A DNA stretch of 63,897 nt, the filler included, from Choristocarpus tenellus KU-1152 (lineage: Eukaryota > Protista > Phaeophyceae): NCBI GenBank assembly GCA_964200185.2. It is 12 parts of 12 records of this genome, joined end to end, with 100 filler letters (N's around TTAATTAATTAA, not from the genome) between each part and the next. Parts side by side here need not be neighbours in the genome. Positions count along the whole stretch, not along the records: positions 10,585 to 20,446 come from CAXNAD020003323.1; positions 20,547 to 25,005 come from CAXNAD020014453.1; 10 more parts are not named here. One strand, 5' to 3'. The notes under the pieces were generated by a model. That model was given only the letters and a program-made list of their open reading frames with translations, did no database searches and was not told where the DNA came from. This document shows positions 11,101 through 25,105 of the stretch, piece by piece. How positions within the stretch are numbered: the first letter of the stretch is position 1; every line of letters begins with the position of its first letter. The position numbers and the translations under genes were made by a program.

Positions 11101-13728
11101 CACCCTAACTTGTGTGTGAAAAATATCCCTAACCGGCGAAGGAAACATTGTGCAAGAAGTGGTGAAGGAGTGTTTTGTACAGTGAAAAACGACACCTCTC
11201 AAGAATCCACCACTTTTTACTTTTTTCAAAAATCTTACTCCAACCTTAACCCTAAACCCGTGTGTGAAAAATAACCCCAACAGGAAGTGAAAAGATAACG
11301 ACAATGGAGGTTCACCATGGACAGTGGGGGCTCCTAAGGACAGGGGATCTCCCCTCTGCACTGCAACACCGGTTGACTGCAAGGTTTAATCTCTTCACCT
11401 CTGAAATACATGTACATACTCAATTGCCTGTAAAGCAAGTGACTACGCAAAGGACATCAACTGGCACAAGATCCCATGTTACATGGATGTCTCCCAGCTA
11501 TTGTAAAGCAATCATTCAAAACCCTCACAATAATGTCCATGGCAAGGTCCCTGGCCACCTCTCTTGGCTTGGGGTGGATAGGAGAGGTATATGCTGAAGT
11601 GCCCCCCCCAAAAGTACTTCTATGTGGTTTTCGGTATTGGTTTGTCAAATATGGAGATTGTAACCAGCACTCTCAGTAGTGTATCAGTTGTATGTGTAAT
11701 TTGTTGGAAAACATGCATAGTAGCACAATCAAAGAGTCCTTAGTACAGTAATGGTTGGCTCACTCCCAACCAAAATGAACTGCCTATATGGAAATAAATG
11801 AGGATGCTACTAGAGGCTACACCTGTAACATCACACTGGTATTGGTTAAAAACCTGTAGGGGTGTGTTGTGCACCCTTGATTGTGTCCCTGTTGTGTGAG
11901 ACGCCAAGTCTTTACTCCACAAACCCTAACCCTAATTTCCTATGTGCGCATTGTGTTGCTATGGCATGGGATAAAGCTATCAAATAAAAGAAATTAAATA
12001 AGAACAGTATTACCAAAAAATTGATGTAACAGGACATTTAAAAGAAAACAGGACCTTAGCTTAGCCCCCAGGGAACGAGCTAGATTATTGAGATGCTAAG
12101 GTCCTGTTTTAAAAGAGAACAAATGTTTCGGGCATTCGACCACCTGTTTTTCAGTAGCCATTGATAAAAAAATGTTGAAAAAAATGGTCTTGTCTACAGG
12201 AACCCCACACGGTACATTTCAGTGACTCCTGAGCATCTACTACAGCTCCGAGTGAGCAATCAAAAACAAACAGTAAGCACACTGGGAAAGTAAAGTTTCT
12301 CACAACACCAGGTCAACCACAAAATACACTTGAAAGGTTTGAAGATACCCCTCTCAGTTGCTGTGGCAGTCGATCAACGTTAGACCCTGGTCATGGACAG
12401 CCACCTCTACACCTCCCTGGACAACACACTGAAAAGACTCTCAGACGTGTGGTGACACACTTGGCTCCCTGTACAGTGCCTACGCGCCACAGAACAAAAA
12501 TATAGGAAGGAGTGCAGTGCTTTGCAAGCAACTAAATACCCAGGTATGTAAATAAAATTGCAACCCGCACAAAAGTTTATTAACGGTGAGGCTTAATCTT
12601 GCCCACCCAAGTTTTGCATCATGACAATAATATGTCCACTGGATCTAACAGCTGGTACACAACACATGGTAAGGAAATCAGATATAGTACACCACTACTG
12701 TGAGTATCTCTACATTTGTGAGTAGTCAAAAGCAAGAGTGTTCAGCGTAAAACCTCCCAGCTTCTGTCATCTCTATCACACACTAGAGACAAACAGTCCA
12801 TGCACATAAACCCACTTTTGTGCTCAAAGGGTGGTATAGCATCACCAAAAAAGAGTCCGAGAGCCAGGGAAACCCGCGCCCCCTCCCTCTCTATCAAGTG
12901 ACCCCACTCCTTCCTCCCCCTCAACCCTAGAAAATTTTGATATTTCACAATGGGTGGGTTCACAGGCATACACTCAGTCAAGACGACATTTTCAAAATAG
13001 TGGAAACAGCAGTGGCATTGAGGTGTCAGATGGCAGAGGGTATAGCTGTGCCCCATCCTCACTTCCTTCTCCATACACCAACAGGTTTGGGACATACTCA
13101 AGCAAGTGTTTCTTGGAACACAGGTTGATTCTTCCCTCCCCCCAAACCTACCACAATCGATTATGCATAGGAAGTAAATACCAAAATTCAAAACCATCGT
13201 TTTTTGGGGTCTCTTGAGATGTACCATATCCTGGCCCGGCCATAGAGACTCAACCCTGTTTGGATAACAAAAAGCTCAGCTAAAGGTGATGTGATCACAG
13301 AAAGGGCCACCTTGCGCGCCATTGCCCCTCCCCCTGGAAACAAAGCCAACACCTTCGGCAGGTTGGAAGGCAAGATATAGTTTAGAGTATGGGAATTGGT
13401 GAAGTGAATGCACGATAGCAGCAAGGGTTAAGGGCCGATGAAGGTAGGATAGCTAACGACACGCTCGATGAAATGGCATTGTGAAAGAAAGTTCAATTCC
13501 ATCCGTCCTTTCATCGCAGTCAACTACTGGAGTCCGCACTCTTCTTGCTTCTTGATCGCGAGTCAGATGAATTTGAAAGCTTTCTAAACATTCTCTTTGA
13601 TTTCATACTGCATACTGAATGGGGTGGGGGGGTGGGTACCATATTTCTTTTCCCGAACATGTCCATTCAAGATTTTTCTCCCTGGGAGAAATGTTGTGGA
13701 CGAAGAAGCAAAAAGGCACGATCCTCAC

Positions 13729-13992
13729 CTGCTCAAGAGGGGACGACTTAATGGAGTCTGCAGCAGCTTCGAAAGGCACCAGAAGGCCTGCAGGCAGTAC
13801 TGAGGAGGAGGACAACAAATATATTGGCAAAAACATGATTGCTGAAGCCAAACAAACTCGGAGGGTTGACTTAGCCACTATGCCAATATTTGTTCGAGGG
13901 GGATGCTCTCGTCGTTGGATCAAGCACGCACGATCGAGTAGTTCTTGACGCCTGCTGTCATTCATGAGGCTACGTCGTGCCTCTTCTTCCAT
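13729..13992 (-). CDS. Possible exon of a hypothetical protein with one hydrophobic segment, divergent from SPF27
   Basis: Open frame MEEEARRSLM..SPLEQ ends at a strong donor CAG|GTGAGG; downstream exons not resolved. Confidence 0.35.
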
Positions 13993-14535
13993 TGGAGAGA
14001 CATTTAGACGCCATCCAGGACCTAGAGTGAATATATGTCAGAACGAGCATGAGAGAACCAATCATCCGCAGATAACAGGCGGTGGAAGAGGTTAATAACC
14101 ACGTAAACTTCATCTCATTGAAGACATTTGAGATTAACTATTGGATTAATTTAGATACACCGTCGCGAGGAATGTCTTCTGAGGGTCAATTCCCTCACGT
14201 GATACAGATCTGGCTGATCTCGCGGCTAAGGGAAGAGGTGTATGGAGTAAGCCCTCGCAGAGAAAAAAAATCCAAAACAATAATGAGAAACTTATAGACA
14301 ACCGTCCCATAGAGGGTGCCCCCATTGTGTTGCCTGTTCCCTTCCTCCCACGCACACCCAACTGGTGAAAAAGTCTATCTCGAATCAACCCAGCTCATAC
14401 CAAACTTTAAACATGAACAAATGTTGAACTATATTAGTTACAAACTGCTTGCTGTTAACGGCTGTAGACAGTTTGGATTTGATCTACCACCCCACTTCCA
14501 GTCAAAGGTATACGGTAGAGGACAAGACCAAAGAA

Positions 14536-16462
14536 ATGGAGCTCCCACCTACTGACTCTCTTTCATATATCGATAAGGAGTATGATGACCCACGGATAAA
14601 GCAGATTGTCCACTCGCTAATCGAGGAGGAGATGGCGGCATTTGATCCGCCGGACTACCTCGTTGGCAAGCCAGCCCCAAGACTTCGATTTGCCAGCAAA
14701 CTTCTCAAGGAGGAATGGGACAGGGTAAGCGCTGGGATCCCCATGAAGGTGATAGATACCTCGCGTTATGAACTTCAACAACCTCAGGGACCTATGGCAG
14801 AGGATGAAGAGGCTTGGAAGGGCGCGGTAGACAATGCTCGAGCTCAGATCGAACACCAGCAAAATAGGTGAGTCTGGATGATGATTGAGAAATATCTGTG
14901 GGTGAAGATCAAAAAAAGATAGATTGAGCATCTTCATGCGCTAAAATACCAGGTTCAAATTTGGGGTGAACCGCTACGCCCATACGTTATCGGACTCCGT
15001 CAATCCTAACATCCAAATAACAATTTGAGAGTGAGGGGGGGATTCATAATAGGGCGAGGGGGATGATCGGGTGTCCCTGAAAATCTCTCCAAGGAATTTC
15101 AGGTTCCTTAACGCATTAAGTTGCTCACTTCTTTATGATGGGTGCTTCGAAAGCATGAACTCCTAAGAACAGGTCATTTGCTCATCCTTAAGGGGGCATG
15201 AAACACACAGGCGTTTGCTGTTGGTTATGGTCGCATGCAACCCCTCGGAGTCATATTCAGTCATTCCCCACTTGATTTCTTGCTCTGTTTCACCTTCGTT
15301 GCTTCCACTTAAGGCTACTGAACCTGGAGCTCCTTCAGAACTATGGGGCAAGTCTCTGGCTGAGACACAACAAGGCAGCTGAGGAGATGGAGGGTGTTCT
15401 GGTCAATCAGGTATGCTTTTTGTACTGCTCCATTGTGGATTGATGAGGCGGAGGGAAAATAAGAGGACCTAGCAATGCGATCTCTGTTTGGATGTGGTGG
15501 ATATATATATATATATATATATTGTGTGTGTGTGTGCTACAACTTGGGTTGTATTACTTCAGCCAAGAGGGTAATTGAGTAGAGGGTAATCTTTAGCCAA
15601 GAGCGAAGCTAGATGGGCTGAAATGAGATTTTGAATTTTTAATATTTTACAACTTCAGTTAATCTCGAAAACATCGCTCTATGCCTGTGTAGAGTTTAAC
15701 AGTGTATATTCCTCGTGGGATGTAGTATAATGTGTCTCGAGGTGATGCATGTTTCAACAGTGTTGAGAGTGTGATTATGGAAGTCTATTGCCAGGCAAGA
15801 AATGCAAGTCTTCCTTATTTGAATGTTTATGTATGCCTTGGTTGCGTCCAACATTATCTCAACAACACACATCCTATCCTTCAGTCAGCCCCTGTGCAGC
15901 ACTCTAATATGAACTACTGTACTATGGTTGTGTAGTGAATCTTGTCTAAAAAGGTACCTCTATAAGCATTTTGATGCAAATTATTGGATTTGACTCACCC
16001 CATATATACCCATACAACCTATCATTACTAGATCTCTAAGAATTGGAGTCAACACGAGTACATCAAGTCTGAGAGTTTGGGATATGGGCTAAGAGATTTT
16101 CCCTCATGGATGAGAAATATCCATTCACAGATGTTTTACATCAATCTATTACACACTATGGCATTTTCTGTGCAGTTGTTGACATGATATTTGAAAAAAA
16201 AAGAGGCGATGAGTTGACACCTAGACTTCAGTTTTTTCAATGACCTTTTTTTCATCCCTAATAACAGGTCAAACGAGCAAGGGAGGAGGCTGAAGGGATC
16301 AATGCACAAAGGAAGGTCACACAGGAAGGCGTTCAGAGGACATTGTGGAACCTTGCTCGAGCCAGGTCGGATGGGGCGGACAAGAACTTGAAGATAGAAT
16401 TGGCCTGTCAACAGCTGCGAGTGTCAGTGAAACGTCTCAAAGCCGAGGCTGCAGTCCGGTAA
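14536..16462 (+). CDS. BCAS2: Pre-mRNA splicing factor SPF27/BCAS2; exons 14536-14867, 15314-15410, 16268-16462
   Basis: DSLSYIDKEY..LIEEEM..DTSRYEL..AWKGAVDNARAQIEHQQNRLLNLELLQNYG..W match the BCAS2 family; GT-AG introns in compatible phase; a further tiny 3' exon cannot be excluded. Confidence 0.92.
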
Positions 16463-17266
16463 CGAGGTCTCATAAGTCACAGACTGTTGTGCTTTAGCAT
16501 TAGGAATTACATTGTCAAAAGGATGACTTTGTTTTCAAAAGGGGGCACTCAAGGTGTTGTGTAAAAAGCCCATAGGGATGCTTGCTTGTTAAAAGAATTG
16601 AGGTGACATTTTCATTGTATTTTTTGTGGATCCACCCAGGACTAGGGATCAGAGAGCAAAGAGAAATTGTAATTGTTTTTCATTAGCCAGGTAGCAACCC
16701 CAACCCCTTGAAGATGTAGAACTATGGATGCATTGTTGCAAACAGGCATGTGGACAGACAGTGTACAGTAATCACCTTCCGAAGGTACACTGCCTGCAAA
16801 TATATCTAAAGAGAACACTTTGGTGCATAATGCTTTGACTTTGAACCTTATGCAGCAGCAGGGCCTAGCTGGTTGCTACCCATACCTGTCTTTACTATAA
16901 CCTCAAGCTATTCCAACTGACCCTTAGTGTTGTGTTGTGGAATACCCTTTAACCTACCAAACCTCTCCTAGTAGTATTATACAACCTACCCAGACATCTT
17001 TTCACCCCTTCCAACTAAATCAATCCAAATCACATTACTGTAGACCTTTCTTTCTCCCTTAACTCTGTCACTCATCTTATCCTTAATACATTTCCACAAA
17101 TACCACAACCTACACAAATTCGAAATGTTGGGCACTAGCAATGGTTCAGCATATGACTCATCTCAGGTGGAAAGTGTCCTCCAGTACCCGACAATCTGGA
17201 ACATAGGGATGGAGGTAGTGCTTGTGCATGGTAAATGTGTGTCCTCTCCCTGAAACTTGAGAGTTC

Positions 17267-20200
17267 TTAATTGGGGAGAGAAGCAGGGTGTGGCAGGAAC
17301 CTTGCAAGCCAATCGTGTCGCACACGCTTCTCCAGTCGCAGCTCATCCACATCCAGTGCCTTTAGCTCAGCCACCTTTGGTAGATGAGGCAAATGGGAGG
17401 CGGGTGATATACATAGGGTTTGTCATTGCCTGCCTGGTGGCTCGAAAGAGCATGTTTTCAAGAGGGGACTCAAGCGATACTTGTTTCTTAACATGGCTAT
17501 GGTAGAGGCAAAGTGGCAAAATTGTCAGTTGTGATTCCAACCTGCTCTACACATGAAAGCACTGCAGGTTTGATGGTGACTTAGAGCAGGCACTGCAAAC
17601 CTTAGGCAGAAAGAGATATGTAAGCAAAGGAGGGTCTATTGAGTTAGATATCAAATTCAAGAAATCTATCAAGCTGACTTTAGTTGCGTCCAACTTAGGG
17701 GACATCTGAGATGCAGTTGGGGCACTGTTGAAGTAGTCCTTTGTTGGCATAATGTATTGGAAGGCATGGCAACTCCACAGTAGAGATTTAATGTTTATCT
17801 CAAGTATTTGAACTGGTTTGTTCGAAGTCACTTCCACTAGTACATCTCTAGCAAGAATTGTCTTTGATTTTCACTTGGCAATAATTAGAACTCTAGAAGA
17901 TGTAGGTGACTAGAAGACACCTTTTCAAGATGGCATGCAGACTAGACAATGACAACAGAACATGCTTTAAGCAAATATTTCCTGCATTGGACAAATCATG
18001 ATTTAACCCGTTTGTACTTTACACACAACTAACAAAATATCTACATACTCTCTCTGTCCCATAAGTCTGTTCCTTTATGCATGTACCTCTTCGGGATGAC
18101 CTCCGATTTCAAAAATGGATGTTTGCGTTGGATCCCTCCGAAAATTTTACGTAAGACGAGATGTATTTGAAAAAACATCCCAAAATTCTTCTGAAAATAT
18201 GGAACAGAGGCATAGGCCCACAAGAAGGCACTGAATTGGTCGATTGACAGCGTTGAGTGAAAGTGAGGAAGGCATTCTAATCCAAAAATCTGTTTTGAAA
18301 TCGGAGGTCATCCCGAAGAGCTACATGCATTGAGGAACAGACTAATGGGACTGAGGGAGTATAATATCAGTAACACAATAGATGAGTAGCCTATGTTTCA
18401 AGACGGTCCACATTGGGATATATTTCTTCAAATGTAACTCATCTTACGTAAAATTTCCGGAGGACTCCAATGCAAACATCCATTTTTGAAATGGATGTAA
18501 TCCTGGAGAGGTACATGTGTAAAGGCACACAGACTTACGGGACAGGGGGAGCATATTTGTACGCAAAGGTTGAAGGGTTGGAGAAGATGTACACATCATT
18601 TCTACATAGGGATTTTGTACAACAAATCATGTCCTGAGTACAACTCAATGTTGAAGAATGATTGACAAATCCTGATTTGTCCCAATCTGTTGAGAGAAGA
18701 TCCTTCTGTATCACTGGTCTGTCCCTACCTCATCTTGATACACAGATCTTAAATGTGACTTAACATAATGTACAAATTCTCTATGCCTGAAATTTAATAG
18801 GACTAAAATATTGTATACAAATATTAGGTTACTTCTAATGTAACAACATTCAGTCAATACTTGGTTCCATTGTTCTACAATAGTGTAAATAATATCTGTC
18901 CACATTGAAGAAAAAAATGCTGTGGTTGGAGGGTAAAGAGGTGATTGTGAAGCAGGACGGTGTGATCCCCCGTATGGGAAAAAGATATGCCACATAAGCT
19001 CAACGAACCCGGGAGGGAGGGGGGGTGGAACGTCAAACTCGTAACACAATATGCACCTTCACCTGATTTCAATATTAATGATTGGGGGTTCTTTGCATCC
19101 CTAAATGTAGAGATTGGAGAGAGCATTACGGTATGATAGATGGCATTGTGAAGGTGGTAAAGGGCATGTATAGTGTGTACAACGCAGCTACTTCAGAGGG
19201 GGTGTGGCAAAGTCTCTTCAAGGAGTACAATCAAGTTTTGAAGGTGCTAGGGGGTAACGATTTAAAGGTAAAGTAGTACACCAGAACTAAGAAAAGTTAG
19301 CGTGAGGGAAGTCTGCCAAAATCGGTCAGAATCAACAGAGGGGCTTTCAAAGCGGTGGTGGATTGGTGGATTGATGGGGATGAGGAAAAGCGACGAATGA
19401 TTTTCATGGAAAACATTAAAAAAAAAAAAAACGATTTTTAATCGGAGGTCATCTCGAGAAGTTATGTGAGCACAAGTTGTACAAATCACAAATCACAATT
19501 TGTTGATTTGGTAACATTTCATCTTGTCAGAAGATTTGTCCCATACCACGGTCACAATCGTAAAAGAGTACAAATAATTGGGGTCCACCAATGAAAGAGT
19601 TAACTCCTAAATCCTATATTTGTGAGGATGTGCCCGAACGGGAATAATTCAGATTTATCATAGGGGCGGCTATTGATTTGTCGGAAATCGAATTTCCTTC
19701 GTCCGACATATGAACTCTTTACACCTACAATTAGTAGTGCACAGATCGTCACGAGCATCCTACCACACCCAAACATTTGTTTCTTCTATTTTTCTTTTTT
19801 TGACCAGGATATACATACCTCCAACTCTACCAATGCATCAACTGAGACACCCTTTCCAGAGAGCTTAGAAAACCCTATCACAAAAGTAACCTGCCATTGA
19901 CATGTACACATACAGCAGACAGGAAGGACCGACACACCCAATTCCAACGCACCTTCATCACTCCCACTGGATGAAAGAACAAAATAGACAGAATGAGAGT
20001 GGGGGGGGGGGGGTTAGGGGAGGGGAATACTCACCGCAGTATTCCTCTGCCGAACAAGCTCCTTGTGCAAGAAGTCCAGACGCGCAGAAGAGTGATGCCA
20101 GCCCTGCAGATCTTGGTGCAGCTGGAACTCAGTGGGGTCAGGGAGCGCAGAGATGTCTGCATATTGAATGTACCTCTTATGAAGTTCGCTTCCACCCCAA

Positions 20201-20446
20201 CATCCCTGCCTGTCGCTGTCCACACTACCACTCTCAGGATGGTTAGTGTTGTTGTTAACCCCGCTACCACCTCCTCCATTGCCAATTCCAGCACCCCCTT
20301 GATTACTAACTCTGGGAGTCCTTTCCCTGTCTCCATTGTCACTTTCACTGTCACTCTCAGGTGATTGGGCAGGCGTTTTGCTCAAAGGTTTAAGTTTCTT
20401 GTTCCGAGTAACGGCAGCCTTCAAGTTGGGCGGTGGATTTGGGCGG
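17267..20446 (-). CDS. 3' part of a hypothetical protein with a C-terminal coiled coil; exons 20035-20446 (runs off the contig) and 17267-17374
   Basis: Donor GCG|GTGAGT and acceptor AAAG|GTG are both phase 0, giving LDFLHKELVRQRNTA|VAELKALDVDELRLEKRVRHDWLARF..stop. Confidence 0.6.
18048..18551. mobile_element. Stowaway-like (Tc1/mariner) MITE with ~135-bp arms and a duplicated right end
   Basis: TA-CTCTCTCTGTCCCATAAGTCTG at 18046; inverted copies end GAGGGAG-TA (18359) and GGGACAGGGGGAG (18551). Confidence 0.8.
18930..19370 (+). pseudogene. Mariner (plant/DD39D-type) transposase C-terminal relic
   Basis: IVKQDG..SPDFNINDWGFFASL..IDGIVK..VWQSLFKEYNQVLKVLGGND, frameshifted. Confidence 0.8.
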
Positions 20447-20546
20447 NNNNNNNNNNNNNNNNNNNNNNNNNNNNNNNNNNNNNNNNNNNNTTAATTAATT
20501 AANNNNNNNNNNNNNNNNNNNNNNNNNNNNNNNNNNNNNNNNNNNN

Positions 20547-22085
20547 TGCGGTCTGATAACGAGGGGGAGCATATGAGGGTGCTTTCGGTGCTCTTTGCCG
20601 TAAACGCGGGATTAACTGGAGTTCACACTTGCAGACAGCCCTCAATTTAATGGGGTCGCTAAACGGATGCTGGGTATCATTGGCGAAGCTTCATTAGCTG
20701 CCACCTTCAAGCTCCACTACTTTTCCCCAATGTCACCATCCCCAAGAAAGACTTTTCTATGTGCTGAAGCTCAAACCTATGTGATTCGCTCAATCGCACA
20801 TCGACCACGGCTAATTCTGGTCGTAAATCACCGTATATGAAATGTGGTATGGCACCCCTGCGCCTCTTTTGACCTACCAATTTGTTCAACCTGATTTTTG
20901 CCGTCTTAGCAATACCCGTAAGACATTCCATAAGGCTCAACTGTGATTTTACCTGGGGTCGGGGATCAATAACCCCCGTGATGTGTATCGTGTTCTTACT
21001 CGGATCTGTGCCATTGATACTACGAGTAACCTGACCTGGCTGTCCACTAACGACTCCAGTCTTGCTCCAGTAGGAGATGTTGCCCCTGCTTTGCGAAAAG
21101 GGAGGGGAGGGCTTGATGCAGACCCTCATTCTGAGGACAAGTTGTCCGATCCCGAAGCTGGTGGTCCACCATTAGATGTACAATCTATTTCTTCATCTCG
21201 CTCCTCCACTTCATCCCTATCTGATCACTCTTCCTGTAGCGACAGAAGCGAGGGCAGGTTGGTACTAGTGAGAGGCCATCCTTTGGCAACAGAGGAGACG
21301 GTTGGACTAATGATCCTCCCCATTTGAGAAGGGAGAGCGTAAGTCAGATTATCAAGGATCTGACTGTTGAACCTTCCACTGGTGATGGGGAGGGGGGTCA
21401 GGTTGACATGAGGCTGTGTCCAGAGACACTACACGAGACGGTGAAGGGAGTGTAGGATATGTCTCATCCTTGAGTTCACAGCACATGCCCCAGGCAGGTG
21501 CTGACCCAACGACTGCCCGTACTGCTGTTCGCCAGCTGGAAGAAATCCTTTCCAATCCAGTCCGTGAACCTTGCGTTGAGTTGGGTAGGACTAGATAGGA
21601 AACGCGCGCCAGAGTTGAAGGGAGTGCAGGTGTTGGTGATGTGGTGTCTCTCACTGCTAGTGTAGAGAGGGAGCATGTTGCTTATGCCCTGGCTGTGCAG
21701 CCCACGCAAGTCTGTGTTTATTTGTAACCTCTTTCATGGTCGTCTTATTTCTGAGTTAGGACCAGCTCCACAGTCTTATGTTGAGGCTGAAAAGTCTGAA
21801 TACTGGCCAGTATGGAAAGAGGAAATGTCTAAGGATTTGGATGGTTTATTGGACATAGATACCTTCAGTGTTGCAGATGTACCCTCGGGGCGCAAGGCGA
21901 TTGGTTCCAAATGGGTAATTAAACGGGTGACTGTTTTGGTATGTTCAGTAGGGTTAAGTCTAGGCTAGTTGCTCGAGGTTTTGGTCAGGAGTTTGGCATT
22001 GATTACTTCGAAAGCTCTGCCCCAACACCTTCCACCTCATCGGCTAGGCTAATGGCCAGTATGGCCTGTGAGTTGAACCTGAGGA
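20547..22085 (+). mobile_element. Degenerate Copia integrase to RT start (different family from its neighbour)
   Basis: RSDNEGE, SPQFNGVA, PQSYVEA, GRKAIGSKWV, KSRLVARGFGQEFGIDYFE. Confidence 0.88.
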
Positions 22086-24938
22086 TGTTGTCGAATAACC
22101 TAGTGTTATCCTTACGTTGTTTGTGCTGACACAAGTATATAACATAGGTTATACGTACGTTTATAATTGGTTAGGTAAGATACAAAGCACGTACGTATAT
22201 AAAACATAATAGGTCAATATTCATTCACACGTCAGTGATGATGGAAGGTTGACGGGCAATTAATAATTCAGTGTGAGATTTACCATGTGATTCAACAGCT
22301 AGCTTTCGGCGACGAGCCTTACGTGCGCCAAGCTTTTTAACACGCTTAAGCGCCTAACACAAACTCTAGCTAGGGGAGGCGCAGCCGGACTGGTTTGTTT
22401 CGAATTGGCATAACACCACTCATGGCCTCGAATGGGACCCACACCAAACTCCTTCAGCTTTCAGATGACAATTATGCAGACTGGTTCGCTACAACGCATG
22501 CATTTTGGGGGGCGAAGGGGGATATTGATGAGGCATTGCAGTATAGGAGGAAACCCATCAGAGTGGGTGACATTGAATTAATTAAGGGCGAAGATGTCAG
22601 TGAAGACGAAGTCGCCAAGGCCAAGTATGTTTATGACGTCCTGCTGAGGAGCACCAGTGGGATTTATCGGTGTATAGTCCGGAATGCTGCATCACCTTCA
22701 GGAGCCTGAAAACAACTACGTGAACACTTCTTTGTTCAGTCAGATGAGGAAATAGCCACACTTCAAAGGAAAGTTACGACGGTCAAGATGCCTAGGGGGT
22801 CAGACCCCCAAATTTCCTTCACAATGATGCTGGTCTGGGTTGGCCAGATGACGATGATGAGGCATGTGGTGTCCGAGCAGGTACTAGAAATCGCCATGTT
22901 AGACTGTTTGGATGACGACTACTAGATCACCAAACATAATCTCCAGCACCATAACAAGATTGAGCGTTCGAGAACGACAATACAACAAGCTGCTCATTCG
23001 CGTTATTTCTCACTTCAACGAGAGATAGGAGATCGTGGAGAGCCCAGGAGCGCTCTGGCTGCGAGGACCGTAAAAAGGGTTAACCGAGGAGTCAACCAAG
23101 GTACGACTGGTCATCGTACACACCCTGAGATGACAGGATCCAGGGGGTTGACCAGGGCCAAGAGAAATATGCACAAGGTGCAGACTGGAAAAACACACAG
23201 GTCCTTGCACATATAAAGGACTGTGCTACAGCTGCGGGAGCAGAGGCCACCAGCAAGCTGTTTGCTCTCAGAGGAGGGCAGGACCACCAAAGTCAGTGGG
23301 AAGTTCATATCACCAGAGGGCGAATCCGCTAATGTCGGCGGAAGTTTGAGGCTGGATCAGAGGAACCGGCTAGGACAGGAAGAAAGTTTAAGGACCATGT
23401 TAGTCGCTGTGACTGAAAATGGCAAGGTGAGAACGAATGCTTTCGAAACATAGTGTTTTGATTTTCGGCGACTTCCAATAATGTGACGAAAGACCCAAAG
23501 TACATTCATGACTTCACCACATGTCTATACGGCTGCAAAATGACTGTAGCTGACGGCACATCACTACCTATTGTGGGGTATGGCAAGATTGATCTGGATT
23601 TCAATGTTGACCGCGACGAGTGGGTGCATATTACTTTGGCGTCTGTTGCATTTGTCCCGAATATAGCATGCAACCTTTTATCCAAAAGTTCTACTTGAAG
23701 GATGAGGACGAGATAGTAGTGGTATTTTATTTGTTATCTGCTCACTTCCCTTCAAATCTCCCGAGGACTAGAGGACACATCGTATCTACACTCAATCCAA
23801 GAGCTGGGTGTTTTGATAGTAGTATCTCCTGGACTGACCGAGAGGACAAGGGGAATATGAGAGAGACGTTTATTGATATGGAGGAAGGCGTGGCAGCTGA
23901 TGCTCCTCATGCTAGAAGACCAAGCATTGCATATATTTATTGCGTCGGGATCTCCAAGTGCAGGGTGAAGCGCCCTTGATGTGGCGTTGAAGCCTAAGAC
24001 ACGCCAGGTGGCTAGGCGTATACGCCAGGAACTAGACCGCCTAACCATTGATGAAGGTCTAGGTTGGTGAGAGTTCAGGAAGTGGAGACCGGATGCTGAG
24101 ATCACCATTGTACAAGCTTTTCTTTTTCTGCTATTTTGTTTTGTAAGAGTTCCATTGTTGATATTTCTCGTCTGTTTTCCGTAGAGACTACCCTTGTGAT
24201 GTGTGCGAGTGATGATTCTATTAGAGTGTTAGCCGATAATCTCCTTCCAGAACCCAAGACTGCAAGAGCAACACATAGCTCTCCCGAATGTGATTTACAG
24301 GATCGAGCTAGAGCGGAAGAGATGTTCGGTTTGTTGTTTTGAACAATGTTTGGGTAGAGGCAGTATTACCCCCTGGACGCAGAGCAATAGACACTAAATG
24401 GATTCACAAGCGTAAGACTAACAAATTTGCTGAGGTAGTTAGATACAAGGCACGTTTGGTAGCAAAAGGTTTTCGACAGATTGAGGGTTTAGATTACCAA
24501 GATACCTTTACACCAACACCGTCCCCTGCATCTTTGAAAATGGTATTAGCAGACAAGGATTAGGAACTGCAACATGGGATGTGAATCAAGCGTTCATACA
24601 AGCTGATATTAGTGAAGAGATTTTTGTACGTTTATCAGGTGGTTGTGGTAAATGGTCTGGAGAGATTGTGTGCTTGATCAAGGTAATTTATGGCACCAAA
24701 CAGGCAAGCAGAGAGTTTAATAATCTGTTGGTGCACGTTTTGGAAGAGTGTGGTTTTGAGCAATGCAAAGCAGACCCTTGTGTGTTACGCTACGTAAGAA
24801 ATAGCGTTGTTTGTGCTGTGATAGCCTCACATGTGGATGATCTTTTGGTACCTCGTAAAATTGAACGTTTTGATTTGGGTTCGCTCTAGGGCTAAAGAGC
24901 GGTTTTCCATAGAAGACTTTAGTGGTCTTGAGTATTAT
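22086..24938 (+). mobile_element. Copia element: 5' LTR 22086-22297, gag, zinc knuckle, protease, RT; integrase deleted
   Basis: LTR TGTTG..CAACA; CYSCGSRGHQQAVC; [26 protein letters not shown]; HVDDLL; same family as 3700-9740. Confidence 0.9.
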
Positions 24939-25105
24939 GACCCAAAGTATCTGGGAGGGGGGGGGGGATCACAAAAGGGAGACTATTATGGAAAAAATCA
25001 GAAAANNNNNNNNNNNNNNNNNNNNNNNNNNNNNNNNNNNNNNNNNNNNTTAATTAATTAANNNNNNNNNNNNNNNNNNNNNNNNNNNNNNNNNNNNNNN
25101 NNNNN

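Noticed and set aside
10900-13430. Scattered exon-like segments on the minus strand
   Set aside because: Could not be joined into a stop-free, phase-consistent model
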